Below are positions 39,311-59,935 of a stretch of DNA of 64,000 nt, one piece after another. Both the position numbers and the translations under genes were made by a program. The stretch lies in NCBI GenBank assembly GCA_951406725.2, contig OX597818.1, positions 87,110,001-87,174,000 of the forward strand. The letters are read 5' to 3'. The notes beneath the pieces were generated by a model, which was not told the DNA's origin, made no database searches, and saw nothing but the letters and a program-made list of their open reading frames with translations. Each line of letters begins with the position of its first letter. Position 1 is the stretch's first letter. Origin of the DNA: Octopus vulgaris. Taxonomy: Eukaryota.

Positions 39311-41269
39311 AGTCAAACCATCTAACCCATGCCAGTAGGGAAAGCAGATACTAAATGATGATGATAGGTTTGGTTTTTTTAAATTTATTTTGTGTCAGTG
39401 TGTGCTATATATATATATATATATATAGGCTTCCATATAGTTTCCATCTACCAAATTCCATTGAGAAGGAATTGGTTAACCTGAGGTTACAGTAGAAGAC
39501 AACCAAGGTGCCATTAGATACATATATGGCGTGTGTGTGTGTGTGTGTTATATTGTCTGTTTGTTTAGTGTGTGCGTGTTTATGATCATTGTATGAGTGT
39601 GTATGTACATGTGTACATATTTTTAAAACATTCTGACTTTTTAGTCAGGAATGCTTTTAAGACAAAATCCCTATGTCTTGGAGACTCTGAGCTCTGTCAT
39701 TACAACCCCCACCCCATCCCGCCTCCTCTCTGCTCCTCCCCTTTCTAGGTCAGTGGAATCTCCCAGTCTGTTTGCCCCTCACTCTTGCTCTCTTTTTCTC
39801 TCACGCATACATACACACTCACACATTCATACGCACACTACTGCAGCTATTGTCACTCCACTCTTCCACCATCTCGGTCTCTCTTTTTTTTTTTTTTTAC
39901 TCTCTTTCTACGTTGAACAGATTTTATAGAAGAGAAAAAAGAAAAGCCAATAATAATAATGTTAATAATAATAATAATAATAATGATGATGATAATAATA
40001 ACATAATCATAGACAAAATGAATATTTTGTGTGTATGTGTGTCGGAAATTGTATTGGAACCAGTGAGAATAGTCTGCTATGGTTGTCAAGAAAAATTAGA
40101 TTTCCTCATCCACAACAAACAATAAAATGCCTCCACCACCATCAGGCAGCATCATCATTGCCATCTCAACCACCACAAGCATCAGCATCAGCCATCATCA
40201 CCACCACCACCACCATCATCATCATTACCACTACCATCAACACCGTTGTCACTATTACCACCACCATCATTATCAACACCATTGTCATCTCCATCACCAC
40301 TGATACATTTCTGTCACAACCACCATCATCGCTACCACCACCACCACTACTACCACCACCACCACCACCACCACCACTACTACCACCACCACCGCCACCA
40401 TTATCACCGTCATTGCTGTTTTACATGAAACACACTATTTACAATGTAATATTGATTATTTTCACTTTGACGTTATCTTCTCCCTTTCTGTTCTAAATTT
40501 CACTTTCACTTTCGCTGTTGTTACTGTTGTTGTTGTTGTTGTTGTTGTCTTCGTCTTTGTCGGCAAGTGTCATCCTCATTGTTGCTGCCGTTGTTTTCCG
40601 TGCCCTCCTCCTCGGCCTGTTCTTCCTTGTCCTCGTTGTTGTTTCTTGTCTCACTTTGCTAAATCTGCCATACTTTATCAACAACAAACAAACAAACAAA
40701 CAAACACCACCACCATAACAACATTGCCACTTTCATATGTCACATTTGATGCAACTATTGGTTTAACTACAACCAGCTTTTCTTATTGTTTTCAAAGAGC
40801 TTTTGTTCTGCTTTTTTTTTATATATATATATATTTATTTTATTACAAACGTTATCTTTTTCCTTTGTTTTTGTTCCTTTTGTCATCAGCTGTTTGGTGG
40901 AATTTTTATTTGATTTTTCTCCCTCCCCTCCCTCTCTCCAACACACACACACACACACACACATGAAGACAGACAATGGCTGCTATCGTAATTCTATTGT
41001 TTGATTGGCTGCTGAGCATCTCCACAGCTTGGCATCTTTATATCTCCAATGCACACAAACACTACAACTTCACCATCTCTGCTGCTCATCATTGCCAACA
41101 CTGCCAGGCATCTCAGTCAGTCACTCACTATCGCTTCTACTACCATGTCAACTTCTGAGTTTGAGCAGTTCAGTTCCTCATTCTTTTTATTTTATTTTTT
41201 TGGTTTCTAGGTACCACTTATTGTGTCCATTGATATTACATTTGACACTGGTGAGTCTAAATTGGTACC

Positions 41270-41690
41270 TCATCATATCATCATCATCATCGTTTAACGT
41301 CTGCTTTCCATGCTAGCATTGGTTGGACGATTTTGACTGAGGGCTGGCGAACCAGATGGTTGCACCAGTCTCCAATCTTGGTTTGGCAGAGTTTCTACGG
41401 CTGGATGCCCTTCCTAATGCCAACCACTCCAAGAGTTTAGTGGGTGCTTTTTATGTGCCACCAGCACGTAGGCCAGTCAGACGGTACTGGTAACGACCTT
41501 GCCAGTAAGACAACGTTGGTAACGATCATGCTCAAATGGTGCCCTTTTACGTGCCACTGGCATGGAAGCCACTTGGCTGCTCTGGCAATGATCACACTTG
41601 GATGGTGCTCTTGGCACCCTACTAGCATGGGCACAAGTGCCAGTAAGGCGATGCCGGTAACGATCACGCTCGAATGGTGCCCTTTAAATT
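41270..41690 (-). mobile_element. Family A copy
   Basis: Highly similar to 2881-3340. Confidence 0.8.
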
Positions 41691-41759
41691 GAGCCCCTAG
41701 GCCCATGGGTATTTCAGTTACTTACTCTGTAGGTTTCTGAGTACCTTAGTCTTATAATA

Positions 41760-41976
41760 CAAGGGAAAGCGGAAAAGTTCCTGGCTTTAGGGGTATCACA
41801 AAAGGTCTGGTTGAAGACTCAACCTTCCGAGTTCTTTTGCAGGGCTTCGAAAAACTGAAGGACCACTGCAATAAGTGTGTGAATCTGAGAGGGGAATATG
41901 TTGAATAAAATCATTATTAGCTGATCCTCCTGTATTTTCTTTTACCCAAAGTCAAGAACTTTTTAGCACCCTCTTG
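41760..41976 (+). mobile_element. Mariner-derived MITE (second copy)
   Basis: Flanked by TA on both sides; TIRs caagggaaagcggaaaagttcctggcttt / aaagtcaagaactttttagcaccctcttg; encodes ...KCVNLRGEYVE*. Confidence 0.78.
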
Positions 41977-43140
41977 TATTTAATAATACTCTAATTACTG
42001 AGTCCCTTAGTTGCTGAATAGCTCTGCCACAAACTGTGTCAGTTGCTGAGTACTCTAATCATACCGATCAGCTACTGGGTTTTTAAACTGCTGGATACCT
42101 CAGTCCAGTTACACTGTATTACTGGGTACTGTAGTCACACTTTATTAGCTATTGAGTTTTTTGGTTGCTGGGTACCCAGTCATAATGTATATCAGTTACT
42201 GAGTCCTAGAAACCTCTGTCATTTTATAGTGTATCAGCTATTGAGCTCTAAACCTCATTCACACTATTTATCAGTTACTCATTTTCCAGGTTTGCTAGAT
42301 ACCCAATCACACTGTGCAGCAATTACTCAGTGCCCAGATTACTTGATCACACTGTGGTACAATACATTGTGTTTTAGTGTAAAGTGGTTGGCACTAGGAA
42401 GGATATCCAACTATAGAAACCATTCCCAAGCTGACCTTGAAGCTCAATACAGTCCTACAGCTCAGTGGATTCTGTGAAACTGTCCAACCCATTCTAGCAT
42501 GGCAAACAAACATTAACCCTTTAGCTTTCAGATTATTCTGTTAAAAGGTATTGAATGCCCATGAGATTGCACCTACAAAGTTACCCTCTGAGGCACAAGT
42601 CCGGGCATGGTTGTTTATGGAAGACCAGCAGTCAGCCATGCATACCAGCCTCCCCTCTCCATGCCCTAATACTTTTTTTAAGCCTGGTATTTATTCTGTT
42701 GATTCCTTTTGCTGAACCACTACATTACAGGGATAACACCAGTTGTCAAGCATTGGTGGGGAACAAGTACACACACACACAACAGGCTTCTTTCAACTCC
42801 CATCTACTAAACCCATTCACAAAGCTTTGGAAGGCCTGGGACTGTAGTAGAAGACACTTGCCCAAAATGCTAAGCAGTTCGCTAAGTTACAGCGATGTAA
42901 ACACACCAACACCAGTTGTCAAGCAGTGATATATATATATATATATATGTCAAGCAGTGATATATATATATATATATGATAGACATCTTTCAGTTACCAT
43001 CGACCAAATCCACTCTCAAGGCTTTGGATGGTCTGAGACTATAGTAGAAGACACTTGCTCAAGGTGCTAAGCAGTGGGACAGAACCCAGAACCATGTGGT
43101 TGGGAAGCAAGCTTCTTGCCACACAGCCTGTGCCTCTGTT

Positions 43141-43159
<19 letters not shown>

Positions 43160-43186
<27 letters not shown>

Positions 43187-43392
43187 ATCCAAACATGAAA
43201 ACACAAAGAGAAAACACAACAAGTATAGTATTATTGGAACAAGTATAGTATTATTGGACGCTCAGGAAAGAAGGAGGGTTTAACGTTTCGAGCGGAGCTC
43301 TTCGTCAGAAACATAGGAAAAGGAAAGATCCAAAGAAGGGAAGACGGAGGAAAAAAATCGCCAACGATACACACGCGGTCACATTTTGAATG
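43160..43392 (-). mobile_element. Penelope-like terminal-repeat fragment with a hammerhead-like core
   Basis: Flanked by (TA)n, homologous to 18186-18405, and contains the motif at 43278-43312. Confidence 0.55.
43278..43312 (-). ncRNA. Putative minimal type I hammerhead ribozyme motif
   Basis: Minus strand GUUU-CUGACGA-A-GAGC-UCC-GCUC-GAAAC-GUU-AAAC: CUGANGA and GAAA boxes, 4-bp stem II, palindromic ACGU stem III, stem I GUUU/AAAC. Confidence 0.45.
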
Positions 43393-43461
43393 GTGTATAT
43401 ATATATATATATATATTGGCCTGCTCGCTTAGCCAGCGGGGTGGCGTCATTGGAAGGCTAA

Positions 43462-43561
43462 NNNNNNNNNNNNNNNNNNNNNNNNNNNNNNNNNNNNNNN
43501 NNNNNNNNNNNNNNNNNNNNNNNNNNNNNNNNNNNNNNNNNNNNNNNNNNNNNNNNNNNNN
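43462..43561. other. Assembly gap (100 N, true size unknown)
   Basis: Run of exactly 100 n; the flanks are two unrelated repeat fragments. Confidence 0.99.
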
Positions 43562-43800
43562 ATAGAATAAGTTCCAGGTATTAAAAAAAGAAATACCGGG
43601 ATCAATGTATTCAACTAAAAATTCTTCAAGGTGGTGCCCCAGCATGGCCACAGTCAAATGACTGAAACAAGTAAAGGTTAAAAGATAAATGAAAAGTGAA
43701 AGATATCCATAAAGAGGAAAGGCACATTAGGGGTAGTACTGGTAAATTTCAAGGAGCATAGAAATTTTGAGGGATGTAGTGTTCTGACTGCTAATAATAT

Positions 43801-44190
43801 AGATGCAGGAGTGGCATTGTGGTAAGTAGCTTGCTTACCAACTACATGGTTCCGGGTTCTGTCCCACTGCGTGGCACTTTGGGCAAGTGCCTTCTACTAT
43901 AGCCTCGGGCCAACCAAAGCCTTGTGAGTGGATTTGGTAGACGGAAACTGAAAGAAGCCCGTCGTATATATGTGTATGTTTGTGTGTCAGTGTTTGTCCG
44001 CCCCCCCCCCCCAACATTACTTGACAACCAAAGCTGGTGTGTTTACATCCCCGTAACTTAGTGGTTTGGCAAAAGAAGCCGATAGAATAAGTTCTAGACT
44101 TACAAAGAATAAGTCCTGGGGACGATTTGCTCGACTAAAGGCCGTGCTCCAGCATGTCTACAGTCAAATGACTGAAACAAGTAAAAGAGT
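43801..44190 (+). mobile_element. SINE family C, full length
   Basis: Colinear with 3780-4170. Confidence 0.88.
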
Positions 44191-44965
44191 TACTGAAGCA
44201 GGTAGCTTATTCCATGCTTTGACAATTCTGAGTGAAAAAATGTTTCCAGAAGTCATGGATACTGCACTGTATTTTAAAATGTTATAAGCATGTCTATGAG
44301 TGGTAGCGATATTGAATTTAAAAGTTAGCCAAAGTATGAAAAATGTGGGGTTACAACTGTAATCTGCAGTTGTCAACCAACCAGTCATAAAGTGATTACC
44401 TGCTTTCTACTTTAGTGCACTTGAGAAACCAGAACAGTTTGCTCGAGGATATACCAGCTCTGCAAACTGAGATTCCTGGCATAATCCCAGAGTGGAAAAG
44501 CAGCTAACTATAATTATGTCATCTATATTAATTCATTACTAAGGATGGAAGTAGTGTTAGTTCAAAATAGCATTCTGTATATTTTATTTAATGTAGATAT
44601 ACTGTAGAAAGCCAGAAAACTGTGTTATTCGCCTTGAGAAAGTATCTTTTATAGACATATAGTGCTAAAAAGCACAAAAAATATATCGGTAGCAGATGAA
44701 TAGCATCCAGCTGCAGAAGTGGAATTGCTAAATCTAGATTTCTGCGTCTTTGCACATCATCAGTTGCAAGTATCCACTATCAACCACTTGGACAATTTTA
44801 GCTTCTACTGATATAGAAAAACAGTGATTAACAAATCACTTGTGTCGCAAATTGGTATTAGCGATGGAGGCAATAATTAGTTCAAAATAGCAATCTGTAT
44901 ATCTTAATGTAGATTTAGTGTAAAAAGCCAGAAAGCTGCAGTGTTTGTCTCAAGAAAGTGTCTTC
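44190..44965 (-). mobile_element. Old CR1/L2-like LINE 3' relic
   Basis: Minus-strand FSLRIVKAWNKLP is a typical LINE ORF2 C-terminal motif. The remainder is decayed, with an internal duplication of 44555-44650 at 44875-44965. Confidence 0.5.
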
Positions 44966-45521
44966 ATTAGACCACTAGTTCTGTGTAGTGTCCTAATTGT
45001 AAATGTGTTATCATAAGATGGTGCAGTTTTACCTTGCAGTTACAAACAAGGGCAATATTCATTAGTATTTTAGTATTTTAGTATTTAGTATCTCAAATCC
45101 TTATATGCACTCCAGAAAAAGCAGTTCAAAATAAAACAAATAAATGAGTAAATAAATAAAATATTACTGGTTATCTTTGTGTGTGTGTCTGTGTCCGTCA
45201 CAACATCCTTCCATGTCTGGGTCATTGACCTCAGATGAACAAGGAAACATGCTAAACACATGGTAGTAGATGTGATGGTGGTGGTGGTGGTATGGCGATT
45301 TGGCAGTTGTAGGGATGTCAATATAGTATTGATAACAGTGTTGGCAGGGGGGGTGCAAGCGACCCCTCCCCAGTGATGTGTGGGTGTGGGGGTAGATTTT
45401 ACACAGCCACTGATAACTGGCAGCTCAGTGCACTAAGAGGAATACATCCAACCATCCAACCACATCATGGTAGTCATGTATGGACAAAGTATATTTAGCT
45501 TTAAAATAACATATTATACAA

Positions 45522-52745
<7,224 letters not shown>

Positions 52746-53103
52746 ACTGTGTGTATGTATGTGCATATATGTGTTTGTATATGTCTATGTGTGTTTGTGT
52801 ACGTGTGCATAGGTATGTAGATTTGCGTGTGTATATATTATGTGTGTGTGTGTGTGTATATGTATATATAAAACATAAACTCACACAAAACTGATAAAGC
52901 ACCACCAAACTTTAAATTCTTTAGCATGTGTCCCAGCTGTCATTCTGCCCTGCATCCAGACACACTTGTATCTATAGTAACCACCTACATTTCTATTATT
53001 TTATTGTTTATTTTTCATAATCTTTTTTTGTTTCATTTGGTCTGTCATCTTTCTCCTCGTCTGTCTCTCTTTCTTATTGCAATCTTATCTCATTTCCTTG
53101 CAG

Positions 53104-53325
53104 CTCACTCGTCATCTCACTCGTCATCACACAATCATATCAACACCAAGACTCCCCCGCTGGTTCCTGCTACCGGCATTCAAGTGCCTGATCTTCTCAA
53201 TCGCAACAGTTTGGCTTACGGGACCACAAAACGAACCACATCAGATGGGAGTGGAAGTGATGATACGTATCCCTTTCCTCCACCCCCACCATCACCCAGC
53301 GCCATGACATCCAATCAGTCACATG
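53104..53325 (+). CDS. Internal coding exon, Ser/Pro-rich linker, probably the same Caskin-like gene
   Basis: Long pyrimidine tract ending tttccttgcag| and donor CATG|gtaagt; 222 nt, phase 1-1, open frame xHSSSHSSSHNHINTKTPPLVPATGIQVPDLLNRNSLAYGTTKRTTSDGSGSDDTYPFPPPPPSPSAMTSNQSH. Non-repetitive and more GC-rich than its flanks. Confidence 0.7.
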
Positions 53326-53974
53326 GTAAGTTTAAAATTTACCTTTTTCCTCTTTTGACACTTCACATCTTGTTGTTAAGCATTAGGTCAATTATAATTT
53401 AGCAAATCTATAATTGTAAATGTCTTAGCTGTGAGAATTGGCCATTCTCTGGAATTCTAGCTTAAACCCTTCATAACTTTTCTATTTTCTGGGAATTTTC
53501 AGAAAATTTTTGCAAATTTTTGTTTTACACATGGGAGTTTACTCTTTACTTGTTTCAGTTGTAATGGAACTGGTTAATTCTTTACACTGTTCGGGTGCAA
53601 CCAATTTCCTTTTAATTTCCAGAATCTACCAGTCAGGAACAAGAACGCAACCTTAAAAATATATATTACTCTTTATTTTCTTATTTACAAAAGAAGTACG
53701 TTGGTATATTGGTATCCACTAGGTTAGATATAGCAAGGCTGAACTTTAACATTTGTAAGATTCTTTCAACAAATTCAGCAGCAACAGAGCAGGTCAAATC
53801 CTAAGCCTCTGGGACAGGAGAATAGGCTGATCACAAGTTTAACACATCCTTTCTCTTCAATAGCCGTGTCTCAAGTCAGCGACGCTAACAAGGAACGCGA
53901 CAGAATTTTCTTCCCCAGTCTCTAGCACATGTGCATGAGGGAACTTTCTTAGGCCTTTCCAGAAGGTTCCAGCC

Positions 53975-54060
53975 CCGCACACGCACACTGAAGAATGACG
54001 TTCCGCACACGCACACTGAAGAATGACGTTGCGTGTGCGCACACTGGAAAATGACGTCGC
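53975..54060. repeat. Short CpG-rich tandem repeat (~29 bp x3)
   Basis: cgcacacgcacactgaagaatgacgtt repeated. Confidence 0.85.
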
Positions 54061-54064
54061 TACA

Positions 54065-54446
54065 AAGTCATTTGACTGCAGCCATGCTGGAGCACCGCCT
54101 TTAGTCGAGCAAATTGACCCCAGGACTTATTCTTTGTAAGCCTAGTACTTATTCTATCGGTCTCTTTTGCCGAACTGCTAAGTTATGGGGAACGTAAAGA
54201 CACCAGCATCAGTTGTCAAGCAATGTTGGGGGGACAAACACACACACTTTATATATATACATATATAAATATACATATACATGATGGGCTTCTCTCAGTT
54301 TCCATCTACCAAATCCACTCACAAGGCTTTGGTCAGCCTGAGGCTATAGTAGAAGGCACTTGCCCAAAGTGCCATGCAGTGAAACTGAACCCGGAACCAT
54401 GTGGTTGGTAAGAAAGCTACTTACCACACAGCCTCTCCTGCGCCTA
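54065..54446 (-). mobile_element. SINE family C, full length
   Basis: Reverse complement of 3780-4170. Confidence 0.88.
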
Positions 54447-55069
54447 CAATTATGAAAAAGAAAAACATTTTTTTTAATTTAAAAGAAAATTTTTTAAAAC
54501 CCCATTTCTCACCCCCACCCCCACCTTCCAATCCTAAAAGTTGTACTCTTTCCTGAATGTTTTTTAAAACCAGAGTTTCAAATGTGGACAATCCAAATTC
54601 TTTGCTTAACTCTTAGCAATGGACTGCCCTTGGGTGCATCATCATTCGATTGAATATGTTTATGGAGAGAAAAATGTTGAAAAACCTCAATACCTGTCAG
54701 AGTGACAAACAAACAAGGAAGGTATCAGGTGGTCGTGAGATGTGCTAAAAATAATAGCTAAATCAGTCTTAAATCACATAAAAAAGATTTTTGTTTTTGC
54801 ATAATCATTTGAATTCCTCCTCTGTTTGCAAAATTTTTTCTGAAAATTGCAAAAAATAAAGAAAGGTTATGAAGGATTACATGGGGAGCTTAAACCAGAA
54901 TTCTGCTTACCATTCTTTATTTCTTTACACACAGGACATCTCTGCTTGTCTCTGGTATAAAATTTGTTATCCACCCTCTCCAAAATTTCTCTTACATAGT
55001 TAAGGGGACGTTTCCTTTTCCTCTCTTTTCTTGTTTTTTCATATCCAGTTAGCTACTTGACGATGCCAC

Positions 55070-55860
55070 TAATGCTGGTGGCACAAAAGAAAAAAGAAAA
55101 AGAAGCATCCACAGTATTAGGTGGTTGGCATTAGGAAGGGCATGCAGCTGTAGAAACCCTGTCAAAACTGACAGGGAGCACAATGCTGCCCTGTGGTTCA
55201 GCAGATCCTGTCAAAGCATCCAATCCATGCCAATATGGAAAACGGATATTAAATGATGATGATGATGGTTTATTCCAGACTATATAGATTAGTATGTTGT
55301 GTGTGTTTGTTTGTATTTCATTGTTCTCTACACTCACAGAGTGGTTGGCATTAGGAAGGGCATCCAGCTGTAGAAACTCTGCCAGATCAGATTGGAGCCT
55401 GGTGCAGCCTCCTGGCTTTCCAGACCCCGGTCGAACCGTCCAACCCGTGCTAGCACGGAAAACAAATGTTAAACGATGATGATGTTTTGATACTGTCATC
55501 ATCATCGACTTCATTCATTATTTAATGTCTGCTTTCCATGCTGGCATGGGTTGGATGGTTTGACTGAAAACTGATATGCCAGGGGGCTGCACTAGGTTCA
55601 AGTCTGATTTTGGCAAGGTTTCTATAGCTGGATGCCCTTCCTAATGCCAACCACTCCAAGAGTGTAGTGGGTATTTTTCTTTATGTGCCACTGGCATGGG
55701 TGCCATTTACATGATACTGGCATTGACCATGACTACGGTCTCACTTGGCTTGACAGGTCTAAACAAGCATGGTATATCACCAAGGGTGTTGGTCACCTGT
55801 CACTGCCTCAATGAGGCCCAATGCTCAAATGTCACCGGCATGGGTAGCAGTGAGATGGCA
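55070..55860. mobile_element. Cluster of three family A copies (+, +, -)
   Basis: ~55070-55268 (+), 55325-55484 (+) and 55515-55860 (-); the last two are tail-to-tail. Confidence 0.75.
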
Positions 55861-56329
55861 CTGACATAACTGTATTCATTGTAAATGAGTGTCACTCTCA
55901 TACAAGCAGTGTTATTTGTGTCCAATCTTCCATGAAAACATGCCCAACCAAGGAGAGATATATTAACTTACTAGGAAATCTATGAGGGTTAGCAATAAGG
56001 GAGAAAATCTGCCTCAGCAAACTCTGTCTGACCCATGCAAACATGAAAAAGTGGACATCAAAATGATGATGATGGTGATGATGCACTACATGTTTATATG
56101 TGTGTCAGTGTTTTTTGTGTCTTTTAGGCCCTTACTATTGTTTTCCATAATATCCTTTGTCATTTCTATCACCTCTGTTCACCATCACCACCAACCCCCA
56201 AACCTTACTTCCTTTGCCACCACTGTACCTTACCAACCATCACTGCCAACCCTTACAGCTTTGTTTCTACCACTTCAACTTCCTACCATCAACTCCCAGG
56301 TCTTCCCTAATCTACCTCTACATCTACTA

Positions 56330-56800
56330 TTCACCACTGCCACCACCACCTCTATAATCCAACATTGCCACCACCATTCAAGCCTTTCTTAGTCTTCTCC
56401 TATGCCACCATTACCCAAGGGCACCTTGACCAACCTTCACCATCCATTTCCACTATGTATACTTGTGCCACACCTGTCCACCACTGCCACCACCATTCAA
56501 GCCTTTCTTAGTCTTCTCCTACCACAGACGCCCTATACTACCATTACCCAAGGGCACCTTGACCAACCTTCACCATCCATTGCCACTATGTATACTTGTG
56601 CCACACCTGTCCACCACTACCACCACCACCTCTATAATCCAACACTGCCACCACCATTCAATCCTTTCTTAGTCTTCTCCTACCACAGATGCCCTATGCC
56701 ACCATTACCCAAGGGCACCTTGACCAACCTTCAACATCCATTGCCACCCAAATTCTCCTGCCACCATGTCTACCTGTGCCACACCTTCTGTCCACCACCT
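56330..56800. repeat. Tandem repeat, ~130-160-bp unit x3
   Basis: Recurring accattacccaagggcaccttgaccaaccttca and ctttcttagtcttctcct. Confidence 0.85.
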
Positions 56801-58016
56801 CCACTAAATGTCCAAATCTTCCCACATTCACCTCTAATCAAATCTTCCTTGTTCTACTTTCCAGCACCAACCATTCACAGAATCAATTTTGTTTCTGTTA
56901 TGTTAGTTTGAATTATTCCCAGCTGTTTACCCTTCCTGATAAAAGCCACTCAGCCATAAAGTAACTATGGTTACTATATTTCAACCTGATTACTAGTAGC
57001 AATTAGTAATATGCTTTTGTCTGACATGCACTGTGTGGTTCTGAAAGGCCAGCTTGAACCTTTACCCTTTGTTACAGTAAGCCACCTTGTTAACAATTCA
57101 TACAGTTTAGTGTTTAGTCATTAAAATAACTCTAGTAGATGTCATGCTAGATATACAACATATATTGTCATCTCCTTGAATATCATCAATGTAGATGTTT
57201 GGTGTTCATATTTCACACTTTTTCCATGTAGGTCACATTTTATACAATATCCCAAATAAAATGATATGTGTGTGTGGGTGTGTCCTAACATGGCTATCAT
57301 GACTCCTCTGTAACAATGTGTTAATTGTTTACAGTTTCAACTCATGATCTCAGATCAAATCACCTGCCAAGGAAGTATTTCCACTTTTAAAGTAACACAC
57401 AGCACGCTTATGAATAAATATGTAAGTGGTAACCATGCCATGTATGTTTAATAAACATATTATTTAGTCTCACTCTGTGTGTGTGTGTATGTGTGTGAGC
57501 TTGTATATAACTGGTTTCAATCTTTGGACTGCAGCCATCCTGGGGCACTGCCTTCAAGTGTTTTAGTTGATTGCTTCGACCATTGCACCTGTTTAAACCT
57601 GGTAGTGATTATTTTAATGTTCTCTGTTTATTGAATAGAGATTACGAAACACAGACTCATCATCATCCTCATCAGTTTTATCATCATTATCAGCAGCAGC
57701 GGTGTTGATGTATTAATGTCCAGACAGAATTCGATGCCAATCCTCTCTCGTTTCCAAGCAATGTAATATTGTAATATCCCTCCAACCCTCATTCCCCCAC
57801 CCCCCATGTGTTTTCATAGACAATTGGCAATGAAGGACGTTTACATGACATTGGCACTTGTTTACAACTATTGTGTGAGGTCGAGACAAGGAGACACACC
57901 CATATCTACACTCACACACACACGCATAAATGACGGGCTTCTTTCAGTTTCCATCTGCCAAATCTTCTCACAAGGTCTTGGCAGGCCTAAGTCTATAGTA
58001 GAAGACACTTGCCTAA

Positions 58017-58248
58017 GGCGGCGAGCTGGCAGAAACGTTAGCATGCCGGGCGAAATGCTTAGCAGTATTTCGTTTGCCGTTATGTTTTGAGTTAAAATTC
58101 TGCCAAGGTCAACTTTGCCTTTCATCTTTTCGGGGTCGATAAATAAAGTACCAGTTACACACTGGGGTCAATGTAATTGACTTAATCCCTTTGTCTGTCC
58201 TTGTTTGTCTCCTCTACATTTAGCCCCTTGTGGGCAATAAAGAAATAA
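58017..58248 (+). mobile_element. SINE family B nested in a family C SINE, with TSD
   Basis: 17-bp direct repeat agaagacacttgcctaa on both sides. Confidence 0.88.
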
Positions 58249-58564
58249 GAAGACACTTGCCTAAAGTACCTCACGTTGGAACTGAACCTCCATACTGATG
58301 GTTGTGAACAAAACTCCTTAAAACATACAGCCATCCTTAACTACATATATTTACCTTTTTTTACTTCTTTCAGTCATTAGACTGTGGCCATGCTGGAGCA
58401 CTGCCTTGAAGAATTTTAATCAAATGAATCAACTCTCGTACCTTTTTTGTTTGTTAAACTTGGTACTTATTTTATCAGTCTCTTTTGCTGAACCTCTGTG
58501 TTGTAGAGGTGTAAACACATCCACACCAATTGCCAAACAGCAGTGGAGACAAACAAAGACACAC

Positions 58565-58603
<39 letters not shown>

Positions 58604-58837
58604 GCTCTTTTACTTGTCTCAGTCATTTGACTGTGGCCATGCTGGATCATTGCCTTTAGTCAAACAACTCAACCCTAGGACTTATTCTTTGTAAGCCTTA
58701 TACTTATTCTATTGGTCTCTTGCCAAACCACTAGCTTATGAGAACATAAACACCCCTACATTGGTTGTCAAGCAATGGTGGGGTTTCAAACACACACACA
58801 CACACACACATATGATGGGTTTCTTTCACTTTCCATC

Positions 58838-59552
58838 TGTGTTAGGTTCACTTCTTTTCATCATCTTCAGCACTGACATTACTGACATGGCAACATAAGG
58901 ATCTTTGCAGATGATTCCAAGATCCAGAAGGTTGGCAATGAAGTGGCTTACCGGACATGCCTTCAATCAGATCAACTGGCTGTCATCCAATGGGTGGAAA
59001 AGAATAATATACTGCTGAACGAGGACAAATTTGAGTTAATCCACTTAGGAAGAGTGGTTACTCTGAAACCCCCATACTTCCTTCCTTCAGGTGAAATTCT
59101 CATGGCATCCAACAACATAAGAAACTTGAGAGTAATTGTGGACATCAACATAAGCTAGGTCACTCGTATAAACAGCAAAGTTGACATGGCCCGCAGAATG
59201 TGTTCTTGGATTCTCAGAACTTTCCTGTCGAAAGATATCTGCACCATTATTCTTCTCTTCTCCACTTTTGCCCAACCCCACCTTGAATACTGTTGTCCAC
59301 TGTGGTCTCCCCACACGAAATAAAGTGTCATCAAAGTTGAAGCGTCTCAAAGGTCAATTACAAAAAAGATAGATGGCATGACAGGCTTTGACTAGAAAAG
59401 CTCAGGATTTATTCTTTCCAATGTCGCCTTGAGCACTACACCATCTGCAGGATGTCGAAAATATTCCACATCAGCATTGCCCAAATGATGTTGGCATCAC
59501 CTTTAAGATACACCCAAAACTTGGGCCCCGTGCTATCCGCCCACCACATAAA
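58838..59552 (+). mobile_element. Degenerate internal fragment of the same CR1 family
   Basis: Colinear with the reverse complement of ~47075-47812 (FADDSK, [27 protein letters not shown], [29 protein letters not shown]). Contains stops and frameshifts. Confidence 0.9.
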
Positions 59553-59935
59553 TCACCCCAGCAAATGACATAATGTAATAATGTGTATTACTTTTGTTGA
59601 AATACCTATTCTTAAATTGTATACCCGAAACACGGTCTTTAACAACAGAAACAGCTGTCTCATTAAATTAAAGATATAACCCATACTACCATCAAAATCT
59701 GTTCCATTTATTTGATTACATTTATTGGACTCCATCTAATAAAACAGATTCTTCTAATGATATATGTAGCTGTATATATATAACTTGGAAAAGGATGCGT
59801 GGCGTTCAATCATATAATAAAAAAATTATATATAAATATATGCATATATACATACATATATGTACATACCTACATCAATATGTATATATACATGCATATA
59901 TGGGTACAGGACATCTATATATATATATATATATA

